The notes beneath the pieces are model-generated. The model saw nothing but the letters and a program-made list of their open reading frames with translations. It was not told the DNA's origin and did not search any database. A DNA stretch of 64,000 nt from the human T2T-CHM13v2.0 reference genome, Homo sapiens. The stretch's first letter is position 1; each line of letters opens with the position of its first letter. Positions 1 to 12,735 of this stretch are shown here, in pieces. A program made the position numbers and the translations under genes. The stretch lies in the NCBI RefSeq assembly GCF_009914755.1, contig NC_060926.1; one strand, 5' to 3'.

Positions 1-768
1 TGTAAGTTTTGCTTTATATATTTTGAAGCCGTGTTATGATGTACATATATATGTATAATTGTCATGTCTTCATGGTGTGTTGACCTTTTGTTATTGTGAC
101 ATTACCCTACTTGTTTCTAGCAATGTGCAGTCTAGAAGTCTATTTTTCTGATATTAATATAGCCTCTATAAGCCTCTATATAAAGACTCTACCTTTTTAA
201 ATCTTGCTATTTACATGCAATATATTTTCCCAGTATTTTATGTTTGATGATTTGTGACTGTATTTGTGTTCCTTGCAGGTAGCATATAGGTGATTCTTGC
301 TTTTTATTGAGCCTGACAGTCTCTGACTTTTGGTTGAAGTTTTCATTCTACTTTTATATATAAAAGCAATTTTTCTATTATTTATTTAGGTCTGTTTTTT
401 TGCTATTTGGTTATTATTTGTCTCTTTTTTCCCCTTTATCCTTTTTGACTTCTTTTAATAATCTGACTATAAAATTTTATAGTCAGATTTTTAGCTCAAT
501 TTATTTTCTTAGTGTTTGCTATATAGACTACAATATGCCTCTTAAATTTATCCCAATTCACTTAAAGTTTATCCTTCCCTGTACTGCAGCCTAAAAACTC
601 CAGGCAGTAATCTGGACAAACGTAGGGCTCAATTCTTTGTTTCTATCTTTTAGGCATCATTGTCCCAGTCTAAATGATGTCTATATTTTCTTTGCATCTT
701 AGTTATTTCAGGTGAGAGATTAAATCATGTCTTTGTTATTCCATCTTGGTTGGAATTGGAAGTCCTAG
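1..768 (-). mobile_element. Old L1M (L1MC/ME-like) fragments: ORF2 5' region plus 5'-end piece
   Basis: T-rich antisense L1 motifs (gaagtctatttttctgatattaatatagc; tgtgttccttgcaggtagcatatagg). An L1M 5'-end-like motif (gttattccatcttggttggaattggaagtc) lies near 735-765. Boundaries are approximate. Confidence 0.6.
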
Positions 769-844
769 TTAGTGTAAATTTAAGAAATGAAAATGATATG
801 CGTAGGCAATTAAGTTGTCAGCTTTCAGTCTTTTATATATATTT

Positions 845-1340
845 AGTTTTTTGAGGTCTAATTTATGCACTACTAATTCACACATCTTAAACGTACAGTT
901 TGATGAATTTTACATGTGTATGTATATGTGAAAATACACTATCCAGGTCATCCAGATCAAGATAGAGAACATTTCTGTTACTCTAGAAGGTTCCTTCATG
1001 TTTCTTCCTAGTTAGTATTCACCATCCTTGCACTTTAGAGTAGCACTATTCTAACTTCTATTACCATAGGTTACTTTTACTGTTATTAAACTTCATGTGA
1101 TGGGAATTATATGTACACTTTTGTGCATGACTTCTTTCATCATGTTTTTTTGAGATCCATCTATGTTGTGTGTATCAGTAATTCATTTATTTTCATTGCT
1201 GTATACTATCCTAGTGTATGAATATATCATAATTTCAATCCATTCTCCTGTTGGTGGCTATTTGGGTTATTTCTAGTTTGAGATTTTTGTGAATAAGTTT
1301 GCTATGAATATTTTTGTGGTCACTCATATAATATTTTTCT
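845..1340 (-). mobile_element. L1MB/L1ME 3' end fragment
   Basis: Typical antisense L1M 3'UTR: ttttgaggtctaatttatgcac...acgtacagtttgatgaatttt...ccattctcctgttggtggctatttgggtt. Confidence 0.7.
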
Positions 1341-1679
1341 GGGGGAATAAAGAAAAGGCGCAAGAAAAGCTTTTCTTGAAATTAGTAGCTGGTAGTAAGT
1401 TATGTCATTCAGAATTAGTTAATCTTAAGTATCTATTTGCAGGACAATTTCTGCACATCTAAATTACAATCAGCATTTACATTGTACACAAAGATGACCC
1501 ACATTACTACATATTTTGAATTGACTAATCTCTAAAGAAAGGTTTTAAAATAATTTGTGCATACCATCATAGTGATTTTAGTATAATCTGAGTTAATTAA
1601 TTAACAACATTACCATCTTATTAATATTATGGGCTAACCTTTGACAATCACTTATTAGGGACTGTTATAACTAAGATAT

Positions 1680-1830
1680 TTTCTTCACAACAATCTCAGT
1701 ATAAAATATTCACATATAATTTGTGAAATAACTGAGACCAATATATGTTAAGTGAGTTGTCCTAGACGACATAGCCAATAAAATGGTGAAGCTAAAATTT
1801 AAATCCAGTTGGTCTGGCTTCAGAGCCTGA
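1680..1830 (-). mobile_element. MIR SINE
   Basis: Core motif aactgagacc...gttaagtgagttgtcc...aaatccagttggtctggcttcagagcc. Confidence 0.65.
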
Positions 1831-2964
1831 TATTTCTTTATCAAAGCAGGATTACTAATAATTGCTGACAGGAGAGGAATAGCTAATTTATATGCATTAG
1901 TTAAACTTTCCTCATTATTAGCTGACCCTATTACTGTGGTTTTTGATTACTGAGTTAGTTCTTTCAAGGCCAGAGCACACTATAGTCAAAATTTATGTTT
2001 CAGCAATGGAGTATGTTAATAAAAAGTTTTACGCTTGTTCACACTGCAGTGATTTTTGATAGTTCAGAGACTGTGATATATCGATGCCAGTCTTATGATA
2101 GTTTTAACACATCTTCAGTCTGGGTATGTCAATCTAAATCAATCTTGATGGTAACATCTTCATATCCATGATAAATTCCTCTTAACTAAATGATTTTATA
2201 TAAGGAAAAATCAATAAACAAATTTTATTCCTCAAAGTCACTTCGATTTTATAAATATAACTAACTTTAGGTCACGAAATTATTAAACGTTTCTCTGTGA
2301 ACACCATTTAGTTGTGGTTTTGTTCTGCCAATTTAATCGTTAGGTTTTTACAACAATAATAAAATGATCATGAAGGACAAATAGCAAGATGAATAAACAT
2401 TATTTTACTATGACAGTAACAGCATGATAATTATGAAAATGGAAAATGAAGCTCTGAGAATCAGGAAATCCGTTACTAGGATGTAGTAAAATGTAGTTCA
2501 TAGAGGCATTTATTTCAACTGCACCTGATAGTCAAAATCCCTCTATCAGCATTTAAGCACATGTTTTCCAAGGTTATGGCTAGGCCATTTAATAATTTTC
2601 TAGGGGAGGGCTTAGGTTACAATAACCTAAAATGACTTTGAAAAATAGACTCATAAATAAATGCAATATAAGTTCATTTCAATTTTAAGCCCAAAAGATA
2701 TCACTAATAATGCTGTGGATTGGTAGGGAATAATGGAAGATAATCAGTTATTTAAGCATTGATCAAGGACTAGAATTGAATATAGTTGATTATGGATCAT
2801 AGGTAAATTTAATAAGTGAATATAAGTTTAGAATATAATAATATTTCAGTTGGTTAGAAGGATATTTTTCCCAAAATGATCGAAGAGGGATGTGACAGAG
2901 GTGATCAAGAAGTTGGACATGCAATGGAGACTCCCAGAAATTCAGGGAAGGGTGGTGTGAACTA

Positions 2965-3130
2965 GTGAACAGAAAGTTGAACTGGAGAATTGAAGCCCCT
3001 GGTTTTGAGTACTCTCATCTCTCTTCTACCACAATGTGGCCCCAGCATGTTGCATAACTCTTCCAACATCTGGTTTCCACAGCCACAAAAAGAGGAGGTT
3101 GTAGTAAGTGAGGCCTAAAGGCACTCTATC
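2965..3130 (+). mobile_element. MIR/MIR3 fragment
   Basis: Degenerate core ctggttttgagt...tgtggcccc...tctggtttccacagccacaaaaagaggaggttg. Confidence 0.45.
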
Positions 3131-3649
3131 TAACCCAGTGACTGATTGTCCTACCTATTGGGAGCACAGTTCAAAGCTATTGTCATTGGGGATAAAGGAA
3201 CATGCCCAGTCTCCCAATCTGTGGGAAAGAATTATAGGCTTCTTTTTTTCTTTTAACCTATGTGGCTAGAAAAGACATGAAAATTATTTTAATTATAAAT
3301 TTGGATCCTTAGCTTATTTCAACTACATGGTGAAAACTAGCTGGTAGGATCTTAGTCTGTCTGGTTCACCTGTAAATTACAGTTGCTAAACTTCTGAGTC
3401 ATTTTGCCTTTGACCCTGTGGAGACAACCAAATCTTAACTAACAGTCGCTTAGTAAGCTATTCCTGGGCATTATGTAAGAAGTCCATATTTAATTAAGAA
3501 TATATATAACATTAAAAAAAACTATTCTCCCGTGTTAGTGAATTTGAGGTATACTGAAATTAAAATAAGCTTTCTGTAGAAGGAATTTTTTTGTTTTTGC
3601 TTCTTTTAATCAAAATAGCAGATAAAATTTATTCATTAATAGAAAGAAT

Positions 3650-4050
3650 ATAATATTTATTGAGAATCAACCATGGGCTAAGCATATTTCTAGGAACAGA
3701 AGCTTTTCAGACAAGGCTTCAGCCTAGTAAATTGTGTATGATAGTAGGTTCATATAATTAGTAAAAATAAAGAAATTATTAACATAGTTTCAAATAGCAA
3801 TAAGCACAAAGAATAGCTAGTCACTAGTTAGGAGTGTTGCACTTTTAGATAAGAGCTATCAGAGAAGGGTTCTCTAAGGGGGCTATTGTGAATTGAAATC
3901 TGAGTGAAAAGAGGTTAACTAAGGTGAAGATCTGAGTAAAGATTTCCAACCAGAGGATACAGCAGCATCAAGACCTTGAGGAAAGTGTAGGCTTGATATG
4001 TTTGAGGTTTGAAAAAAGATTAAGATGTCTGCAGTATAGTGAAGGAAAAG
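3650..4050 (-). mobile_element. L2 3' end
   Basis: aatatttattgagaatcaaccatgggctaagc start followed by a purine-rich L2 body. Confidence 0.6.
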
Positions 4051-4719
4051 GGAGCAGGGCTCTCTGAAGATGACAACACCTCCTTTGAAGAGTTGTTAAG
4101 AGAACTGGAGCATGCCTGCTGTGTGTTCATGCTATGAACTACAAATACTACAAATCTGTGATTTTGCTGAGTACATGAAAAAAAAGACCCAACTCATGTT
4201 CAGGATATGATATAATTTTAAAAATAATTATTCTATTTTACTCTTGCAAGGATGAACAGCTAACAGTTACAGTTTACAAAACATTTTTCTGTATCTTACA
4301 TATTTCTTAGGCCTTTGAAGCAGGGTATGGCATACCTGGTCAGAATTTTATGTATCTGGTTATTTGCCATGAATGTGCCATTATTTCTTTTTGGCTGATC
4401 CTGAATTAAAGAGTAATTATTGTTGAACTGGTTCTAAAAACCAACGGCATCTGCTTAGAATCTGAAAGTACCCTTGCCAAAGGAAGTTGCTATTTAGGAA
4501 TATTCCTCTTGGAAAATTTAAAATGATGTAGGCATAGGCATCTGAAGAATTGCAGTGTTTAGAAAATCTATAGTGAAATAAAGTTATAAACTGAGAGTTC
4601 ACATTATTGTAGAGCATGTTATTTTAACACATTGTGGAATCATGTTATATAAACCTAGAAGCATAATAGCTTAGAAGCAAAGGTACTTTAGAGATTATCT
4701 AGTCTATTAATTTCACATT

Positions 4720-4990
4720 TCACAAACTGTACTCCAAAGAAAATACACTAGATATCAATAAGGGTCTCTTTCTCTCTTTTTATGGCTCTCTCCCTCCTCC
4801 CCACACCACACACTCACACACATATATACATGTACACAGGTGAAAATCAAGGGTTTAAAAATAAGTTTTGTGGCCTTCTGTTTCTGTAGGACTTCTCAGA
4901 ACTCTAACATGATAATATACACAGTTAATTCCCAAGTCAAGGATATCATTTATAACTTATTTAATCAATTACCTTTTCCTGACCCTCAAC
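4720..4990 (+). mobile_element. MER103C-like hAT-Charlie MITE, interrupted by low-complexity CT/CA sequence
   Basis: tttctgtaggacttctcagaactctaacatgataatatacacagttaattccc resembles the MER103C core. Confidence 0.45.
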
Positions 4991-5001
4991 TCATGGAATA
5001 G

Positions 5002-5588
5002 TGTATTAGTTAGGGTTCTGCAGAGGGACAGAACTAATAGGATGTATCTACACATGAAAGGAAGTTTATTCGGGAGATTGGCTCAAAGGATTACAAGGCA
5101 AAGTCCCATGATGGGCTGTCTGCAAACTAGGGAAGAGAGAAGCTTGTAGTGGCTCAGTCTGAGTCCAAAAGCCTCAAAAGCAGGGAAGCCGAGAGTGCAG
5201 CCTTCAGTCTGCGGCCAAAGACCCAAGAGTCCCCAGCAAACCACTGGTGAAAGTCTAAAAGTCCAAAGCCCTAAGAACCTGGAGTCTGATGTCTATGGGT
5301 AGAAGGAGCAGAAGGAGGCATCCAGCACAGGGAAAAAAAAGGAAGCCAGAAACTCAGCAGGCAAGGTTATCCCACCTTCTTCCCCCTGCTTTGTTCTAGC
5401 CATGCTGGCAGCAGATTAAAAGGTAACCCCCCTACACATTGAGGGTGGGTTTTCCTCTCCCAGTCCACTTACACAAATGTCAGTCTCCTCTGGCAAAACC
5501 CTTACAGGCACATCCAGAAACAATATTTTACCAGCCATCCAGGCATCCTTCAATCCAATCAAGTTGATAACTAATATTAACCATCACA
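5002..5588 (-). mobile_element. MLT2A (MLT2A2-like) ERV-L solo LTR
   Basis: Runs from tgtattagttagggttc to taatattaaccatcaca (reverse complement of TGTGATGGTTAATATT...). 5-bp TSD aatag/agtag. Confidence 0.9.
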
Positions 5589-5799
5589 AGTAGTTTTTAT
5601 CATCTCATTTTACAAGCATTTCATGGAACATGAAAGTTGGCCTACTCTTAACTTTCTACCAGATGCTGTTATCTTCTCTCAAGCATTTTTCGTGTTTGAC
5701 TAACTTTTGTTTGAGTCATTCTAGTCATGGAGATCTTTCAACCCCACATGTCTATATTTCTCCGTGTGACTAGCACTCACTATGTTAGTTTATCCTCCT

Positions 5800-6050
5800 A
5801 TAATTATAATAACTAACATTTGTAGAGTGCATATTATTGCCAGGAATAGTATTAAATACTTTATCAGTTCATTGAATGCTTATAAAAAATTTATGAGAAA
5901 GCTAATGCTTTTGTCCTCATTTAGAGTTAGGAGACCTGGGCATAGGAAAGTTAAATATTTTGAACAAGGAAATAAAGCTAGTAAATGGGAGGAGCCAGAA
6001 TTCAAACACAGGCATTCTGGTTCCAGAGTCCAAGTTCTTACCACCACACT
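5800..6050 (-). mobile_element. MIR SINE
   Basis: ataactaacatttgtagagtg...gtcctcatttagag...gaattcaaacacaggcattctggttccagagtcc. Confidence 0.75.
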
Positions 6051-6244
6051 AGAAAAAAATCTAGAGCTTTCTAAATTTTGTTTTCAGCAATGAGCCCCAC
6101 CTCAAATCTGTATTTCTTATGACTTTTTTTTTTCTAAGTTTTATGTACCAGGTCTAGGCACTCCTCTACATGACAGCATTATCGTAAGATTTCTCAAAGA
6201 CTTCTCTCTTTCAAGTTAATCATCCCCAATTCCTGCTCTCTTTC

Positions 6245-6561
6245 TTTTTTTATTTTATTTATTTATTTATTTATTTTGAGACAGAGTCTCACTCTGTCAC
6301 CCAGGCTGGAGTTAAGTCTTGCAATCTTGGCTGACTGCAACCTCCACCTCCCAGGTTCAAGTGATTCTCATGCCTCAGCCTCCTGAGCAGCTGGGACTAC
6401 AGGTGCCTACCACTACACCCGGCTAATTTTTTTGTATTTTTAGTAGAGATAGAGTTTTGTCATGTTGGGCGGGCTGATCTGGTACCCCTGATCTCAGGTC
6501 ACCTGCCTGCCTTGGCCTCCCAAAGTGCTGAGATTACAGACATGAGCCACTGCCCCTGGTC
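6245..6561 (-). mobile_element. AluS element
   Basis: Full dimeric Alu, antisense, with (TTTA)n tail. TSD ctctctttc at 6236-6244 and 6562-6570. Confidence 0.95.
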
Positions 6562-6815
6562 CTCTCTTTCAAGTTAATCATCTCTAGATCCATCTCCAAA
6601 CTCTTCTTCAATATGACGTATTTACCCAACCTACTCCCTAGGCTAGTGTTCCAGTTTGACAAATTTTCTCTTAAGATTCTCTCTGTGATATTTTTGAATT
6701 AAAAAATAATATAACATAAGCTTTAGAATCTGAGCTAGATACAGATAGTGGCCCACTACTTCATTAACTTGTAAATGAAAAAGTTCAAGTTTCCTCACTT
6801 GTAAAAGTGGAACTA

Positions 6816-7816
6816 TGACGTGGTTTGGACCTGTGTCCCCACTAAATCTCACATGGAGCTGTAATCCCCAATGTTGGAGGTGGAGCCTGGTGGGAGGTGA
6901 TTGGATTATGAGGGTGGATCCTCCATGAATGGTGTGATGGTTAATATTAGGTGTCAACTTAATTGGATTGAAGGATGCCTAGGTAGCTGGTAAAGTATTA
7001 GTTCTGGGTGTGTTTGTGAGGGTGTTGCCAGAGGGGATTCACATTTGAGTCAATGGACTGGGAGAGGAAGACCAACCCTCAATGTGGGTAGGCACCATCC
7101 AATCAGCTGCCAGCATGGCTAGATCAAAGCAGTCAGAAGATGGGATAAACCAATTTGCTGAGTCTTCTGGCTCTTATCTTTCTTCCATGCCACTTGCTTC
7201 TCTCCACTCCTCCTGCCCTTGGACATCAGACTCCAGGTTCTCTGGCCTTTGGACTCTTGGACTTACATGAGTGGCTTGCTGGAGGCTCTCAGGCCTTCAG
7301 CTAGACTAAAAGCTGCACTGTCAGCTTCCCTGCTTTTGAGGCTTTTGGACTCGGACTGAGCCACTACTGACTTTTTTCTTCCCCATCTTGCAGGTGGCCT
7401 ACTGCGGGACTTCACCTTGTGATTGTTTGAGCCAATTCTCCCTAATAAACTCCCTTTCAAATATACATCTATCCTATTAGTTCTGTCCCTCTGGAGAACC
7501 CTGACTAATACAAATTGCTTAGTACCATCCTCTTGGTGCTGTTCTTGTGATAGAAGTCTCATGAGATCTGGTTGTTTAAAAGTGTGTAGCACCTCCCTGC
7601 TCTCTCTCTCTCTCGCTACTCCTCCCACCATGTGAGATGCACCTGCTCCTGCTTTGCCCTCCACCATGAGTAAAAGCTTCCTGAGGCCTCCCCAGAAGCA
7701 GATGCCACCATACTTCCTGTACAGCCTGCAGAAGTGTGAGACAATTAAACCTCATTTCTTATAAATTGCCCAGTCTTAGGTATTTCTTTATAGCAATGTG
7801 AGAATGGGTTAATACA
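6816..7816 (+). mobile_element. MST (MSTB-like) MaLR solo LTR, interrupted by MLT2A
   Basis: Start tgacgtggtttggacctgtgtccccactaaatctc, end tagcaatgtgagaatgggttaataca. TSD aacta/gacta. Confidence 0.9.
6933..7512 (+). mobile_element. MLT2A (MLT2A2-like) ERV-L solo LTR nested in MST
   Basis: tgtgatggttaatattaggtgtcaactt...ggagaaccctgactaataca, with AATAAA near 7444. TSD aatgg/aattg. Confidence 0.9.
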
Positions 7817-8127
7817 GACTATAATATGTATTTTATAAACTGGCTGTGAAGATTGAATAAGGCGATATATATTTAGGGCATATTTATTGGGCCCAGCACA
7901 AGAAGGGCAAATTGATTCTATTTTCCTTAGGTGATGCTAATCTGCTCCACACATGTAGGCTCCTGGCCAGCCTGCATTTCTACTCTACATCCATCCGTCA
8001 TTCCCTCCAGGTCAATGTCTTTCCTGGAAGACGAATGCATTTCCTTATTTTATGTGCAAAGATTCTTTCACTTTATAGTGACTTTTCTTTCATCTTGTCC
8101 CCAAAAGATGGGGGCACAAATCCTATA

Positions 8128-8586
8128 TGTAGGCTGCATAATGTTTCCCTAAAGATGCCCATCTCATTCTTAGAAACTGTGAATATGTTAATTATATGAT
8201 TAAAGCACTTTGCATGTGATTAAAGTGATAGATGGAAAGATGATCCCGCATTATCTAGGTAGGACAAATGTAATCATAAGGATCCTTCAAAGAAGAAGGC
8301 AGTGAAGTTAGAGTCCAGGAGAAAAGCTAAGGATAGAAGCAAAGAAAAAATTAGAGTGATGCACATTGAATATGGAGAAAGGGGCTGCAAGCCAAGGAAT
8401 GTGGGCAAGCTCTGAAAGTTGGAATGGGCAAGGGGACAGTTTTCCCCCTAGAGCCTGCAGAAAAAATGCAGCCCTGTGGACATATTTTAAACCTCTTACC
8501 TTCAGAGGTATACAAGAATAAAGTATGTTGCTTTAATTCACTCAGATTGTAGTAATTTTTTACACTAGTATTAGAAAACTATCACA
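8128..8586 (+). mobile_element. MLT1 (MLT1D/C-like) MaLR LTR
   Basis: tgtaggctgcataatg...gaaactgtgaatatgtta...agccaaggaatgtgggc...cccctagagcctgcag...agaaaactatcaca. Confidence 0.75.
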
Positions 8587-8849
8587 AAGTGTGACCATGT
8601 GGCAATTAATCTAAACTTGCTAAGGCTTAGTTTCCTGTCAGAGCTATTGTGAAGTTTAGATATCATGCATGGGAAAACCTTTTACAAAGATTCTAGAACA
8701 TAATGAACACTTAAATGATAGCAGCAGTTATACAGGGAGTAGTGAAAGTGTTCATCACATTTACTATTAATTGGAGTCCATATTTAAGCCCAGTATCACC
8801 AAAAATTTGAGAATAATATTGTGCCTAGTTCAGTGGTCTTTATGTAGCA

Positions 8850-9390
8850 TTATTCTGGCTTCTGGTTTTACTCTTTAAAAATGTTAATGTCATATTTCTG
8901 CTTGAATACCAAAAGCGTCCCATCTCAATGAAAAGAATATTTGAACATATGGCATGGTTTACCAGGCCCTATAGAATGTGGCTTCTGCCTGTAGCTCTAG
9001 CCACTTGTCAGTCTGGGTTCCAACCACTCTGGACATTCTTTCATCAGGGATTTTCGTTTACTCTTTCTTCTTCCTATACTGTAGGACTGGATACTTCTTA
9101 TCTCCAAGTCAGCCCAAATATCACCTCTTCAGAGAGAGACCTTCTCTGATATCACACCAGCTTGTTTCTCCACAACCAGGAGCTCTCTCATATTCCCATT
9201 TTTTCTTTTTACTTTATAATACTTATCCTTATCTCAAATTGCAGTATTTCTGCATGTGATTACATGTTTACTATCCATCTCCCCTTCTTTGGGTGTAGGC
9301 TCCATTAACACAAGGACTTGTCTATCTTGTTCACTACTGTATGTTCAGCGTACTTTGCTAGGCACCTGGGGTATTCAAATATGAATAAAG
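8850..9390 (+). mobile_element. L2a 3' end
   Basis: caaatatcacctcttcagagagacctt...tgtaggctccattaacacaaggacttgtctatcttgttcact...aaatatgaataaa. Confidence 0.7.
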
Positions 9391-9734
9391 CATGGGTAGT
9401 GGTTTCTAATTCTTGTAGTGTTTCTACTCCATTGGATACCAAGGTTCCTGATAATAGCTGTTGGTCATCTCCCTATATACAGTTTGAGAGAAGCTCTCCC
9501 TCACGTTGGTGGCTGAGATCTCTCAGCATCAACTGAACATCCTAATGTGGCTCTATATTATCTCTAAGTCTTGGTTCTTCACTCTGGTTGATCATCAGTT
9601 TCTTAAGCCTTAGAACTTATGGGCTAAAATTTCAGCTACCATGTTCTTGGCGATATCTTCTCCTCCAACTTCTTGTTGACTGTTCACAACTCTTCTGTCT
9701 TTCCACTTCAGATAACCTAAGCCAGTTTAATTAA

Positions 9735-12700
9735 TTTTTTTCTGGTTACTATATGGTTTACAATATTCATCTTTACTTATCACTGTCTATATTTGGGTAT
9801 TATTATACTAATTCATATGCAGGGTAAGAATCTCATGACAATATTCTCCCAAACTTATTCTTTTATCCTTTTTGCTGTTATTCTCATGTTTTAATTTTAC
9901 TTATTTTAGAAATTATACAATATTAATATGATTGCTTTAGACATTTATTTTTGTGGCAATTGATAATTTAAAATTCTTAAAAATTACCTTGTTCTTCCAT
10001 ATCTAAGAGTCTTTATTACTTTGTGCAGATCAAAGTTTCTACCTGGTATTATGAGCTCTGTTTGAGGAACGTCCTTTCAAATTTATTTTAGTACAAGTCT
10101 CCTGGCAATGATCTAGTTCTCAGAATTTGTGTTTCTGGTGTTCCTTTTTGCTTTCATTTTTCACTGCATTTAATATTCTGGGTGAACAGGATTTTTTCTT
10201 TCAGCGAGTTAAAGATATTATTCTATTGCTTTTCGCTTTGCATGATTTCTGACAAGAAGTCTGCTTTAATTATTATCTTTGTTCTTTTACCATTTTTTCC
10301 CCTTGGCTGTCTTCAAGATTTTTCTCTTTGTCTCTGATTTGCTGCTGTTTCAACTATCATGTGTGATGTATCTATGTGTTTTGTGGTGTTTTTGTTTTGT
10401 TTTAAATTTGGGTATTTACTTATCTTGGGGTTTTGTAAATTCTTTAGATTTGTTGTTGAATGTGTTTCATGATTTCTTCTGAAGATTTTTAGTCTTTGTC
10501 CCTTCAAATATTTCTTCTGTCCTCTTCTCTTTCTTTTCTCCTTCTGTAATTCTAGTTACACATTAGACTAGTTGATCAAACCAGAAGTTTGAAGATCTCT
10601 GTTCTGTATTTTTTCGCTCTTCCTCCCTTTTTGCTTCAGTGAGGATAATTTATATTGATCTATTTTCAGGTTTAATGATACTTTCTTAAGCCATGTTAAG
10701 TCTGTTGGTAAGCCTGCCAGAATAATGTTCTGATATAATGTTTTTCTTGTCTAGCATTTCCACTTGATGTTTTCTAATAGTTCCCATGTCTCTGCTAACA
10801 TTCCTCATCTGCTTATGCGTGATGTCTGTCTTTTCCACTTGAGTGTTTAATACATTAACAATTATTTTATAGTCCCAATGTAATGGTTTTAAACTCTAGG
10901 TAATCTCTGAGACTGGTTCTATTTATGTATTTCATATCTCTTAGCTATAGTTTTTTTTTCCTTCTGTTTTGTATTTCTTATTTTTACTTTAGTATAAAAC
11001 ATCAATAATAAAATAGTTGAAACAAGTAAATATTATTTACATTAGAAATGATTCTTCCTCTGTTAGGAAAATGGTATAGCAATTTGAATCAATATAGAAG
11101 AAGCTGTGCTAGACCTGGGTTTTATTTTTAGTGCATTACAGACTTCAGATTCTTCTAGTTGTGGGCTATCATTCCTTGCAGTTAGGGTGAGGGCTGTGAT
11201 GACAGAGAATATTCTGAGGGTTTGTACTCCATTTTTAGCTGTCAGTCATTCCTACCCACTTGCATGGGTTTTTTCCTCCATGTTGTTGCCCCTCACCCAG
11301 TGTTGACTGCTGTTGCCACTCAGTGCAAGGCTTATTGTGGGGATGACAATCAGTTTCTGTTGTCCCATTTCAGCTTCAGGCTTAGTTTGGCTTTGTATAT
11401 CTGAGCTTTGGGTTTGGACTTTCTCAGCATTATTGCTTCTCCTTTCCATGGCAGTCAATCTTGGCCTTGTTTCTGTGGTTAAGCTTGAGAAAAGTTTTCC
11501 TGCCCTTTCAAGTGTTATCAGACCACATCTGTTTGGTACTGGAATAGGATCCTTGGTGCATGATTGTTTTCTGCCTCTCTCCTAAGTGGAGAGATATATT
11601 TTCTGCTGTTGCCTCCACCACAGTGGGTTTTTTTGTTGTTGTTCCTTAGAGACTATGGGTTTTGCTTCCTCTTTCTGGAGTCAAGGTGTTTGTTCATATG
11701 AGAGAAGGAGCCAGTCAGAGGGGTAGAGTTTCATGAAATCTTTCCTCCTCCCCAACCAGCATCTGCTAATTACCTCCAGGCCTGTTCTACCCAGGGGTTC
11801 TTTTGGGAACAGGATCCCCAAAATCTGGCCATAAACTGGCCCCCAAACTGGCCATAAAAAAATCTCTGCAGCAGTGTGACATGTTCATGATGGCCATAAC
11901 ACCCACACTGGAAGGTTGTGGGTTTATGGGAATGAGGGCAAGGAACACCTGGGCCGCCCAGGGTGGAAAAAGGCTTAAAGGTGTTCTTAAACCACAAACA
12001 ATAGCATGAGCAATCTGTGCCTTAAGGACATGCTCCTGCTGCAGTTAACTAGCCCAACCCATCCCTTTATTTTGACCAATGCCTTTGTTTCCCATAAGGG
12101 ATACTTTTAGTTAATATCTATGGAAACAATGATAATGACTGGCTTGCTGTTAATAAATATGTGGGTAAATCTCTGTTCGAGGCTCTCAGGTCTGAAGGCT
12201 GTGAGACCCCTGATTTCCCACTTCACATCTCTATATTTCTGTGTGTGTGCCTTTAATTCCCCTAGCGCCGCTGGTTTAGGGTCTCTCCGACCAAGCTGGT
12301 CTCGGCAGCGTTCTGTCTTTGAACTCCTGCTCTGCCATATTTTTTCTCATGAGATCCCAGTAGAAGTTCATGGTAGGTTGGAAGGTGAGGAAGCTTGCTA
12401 GTGAGTAAAACAAGAACTCAACTAAATCTGAAGCCCTCAGCAGACACATTAGCCCATATTGTCCAAAATTTGTAAATATTGGAGTTGATTTCATCTAACT
12501 CTCTTGTATGGTGACCACTCCTTCCTCCCATGTTCTGTCACAAGTGAGCCAGACTGAATGTTCTCTCTTTGGAGAAGCTTGTCTCACTTTGTAATTCAGC
12601 CAACTGTTTGCCCTATCAACTCTTTGATTGGTCAACTAAAATTGTGATCTTGTAGTTTTCGTATTTTTCACATTGTTAAGGTTTGAAAAACACTCTTAAC

Positions 12701-12735
12701 AGCTTTCTGCAGACTAAAGAGAAATGAGAAAAAGC
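9735..12735 (-). mobile_element. Old L1M (L1MD/MC-like) 5' region/ORF1, interrupted by MER9
   Basis: Antisense ORF1 motifs (tgcatgatttctgacaagaagtctgct; ggctgtcttcaagattttt; ccttcaaatatttcttctg). Boundaries are approximate. Confidence 0.7.
11801..12307 (+). mobile_element. MER9 solo LTR (HERV-K HML-3/HERVK9)
   Basis: ttttgggaacagg...aaatctggccataaactggcccc...agggtctctccgaccaagctggtctcggca. 6-bp TSD gggttc/gcgttc. Confidence 0.9.

Larger units (their letters stand above)
6710..7900 (+). mobile_element. MIR split by an MST LTR (pieces about 6710-6815 and 7817-7900)
   Basis: caagtttcctcacttgtaaaagtggaacta before the insert resumes as gactataatatgta...ggctgtgaagattgaataag after it. Confidence 0.65.

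Noticed and set aside
7263-7667. 134-aa ORF
   Set aside because: Spans the MST/MLT2A LTR junction. The translation is typical of LTR-derived spurious ORFs.
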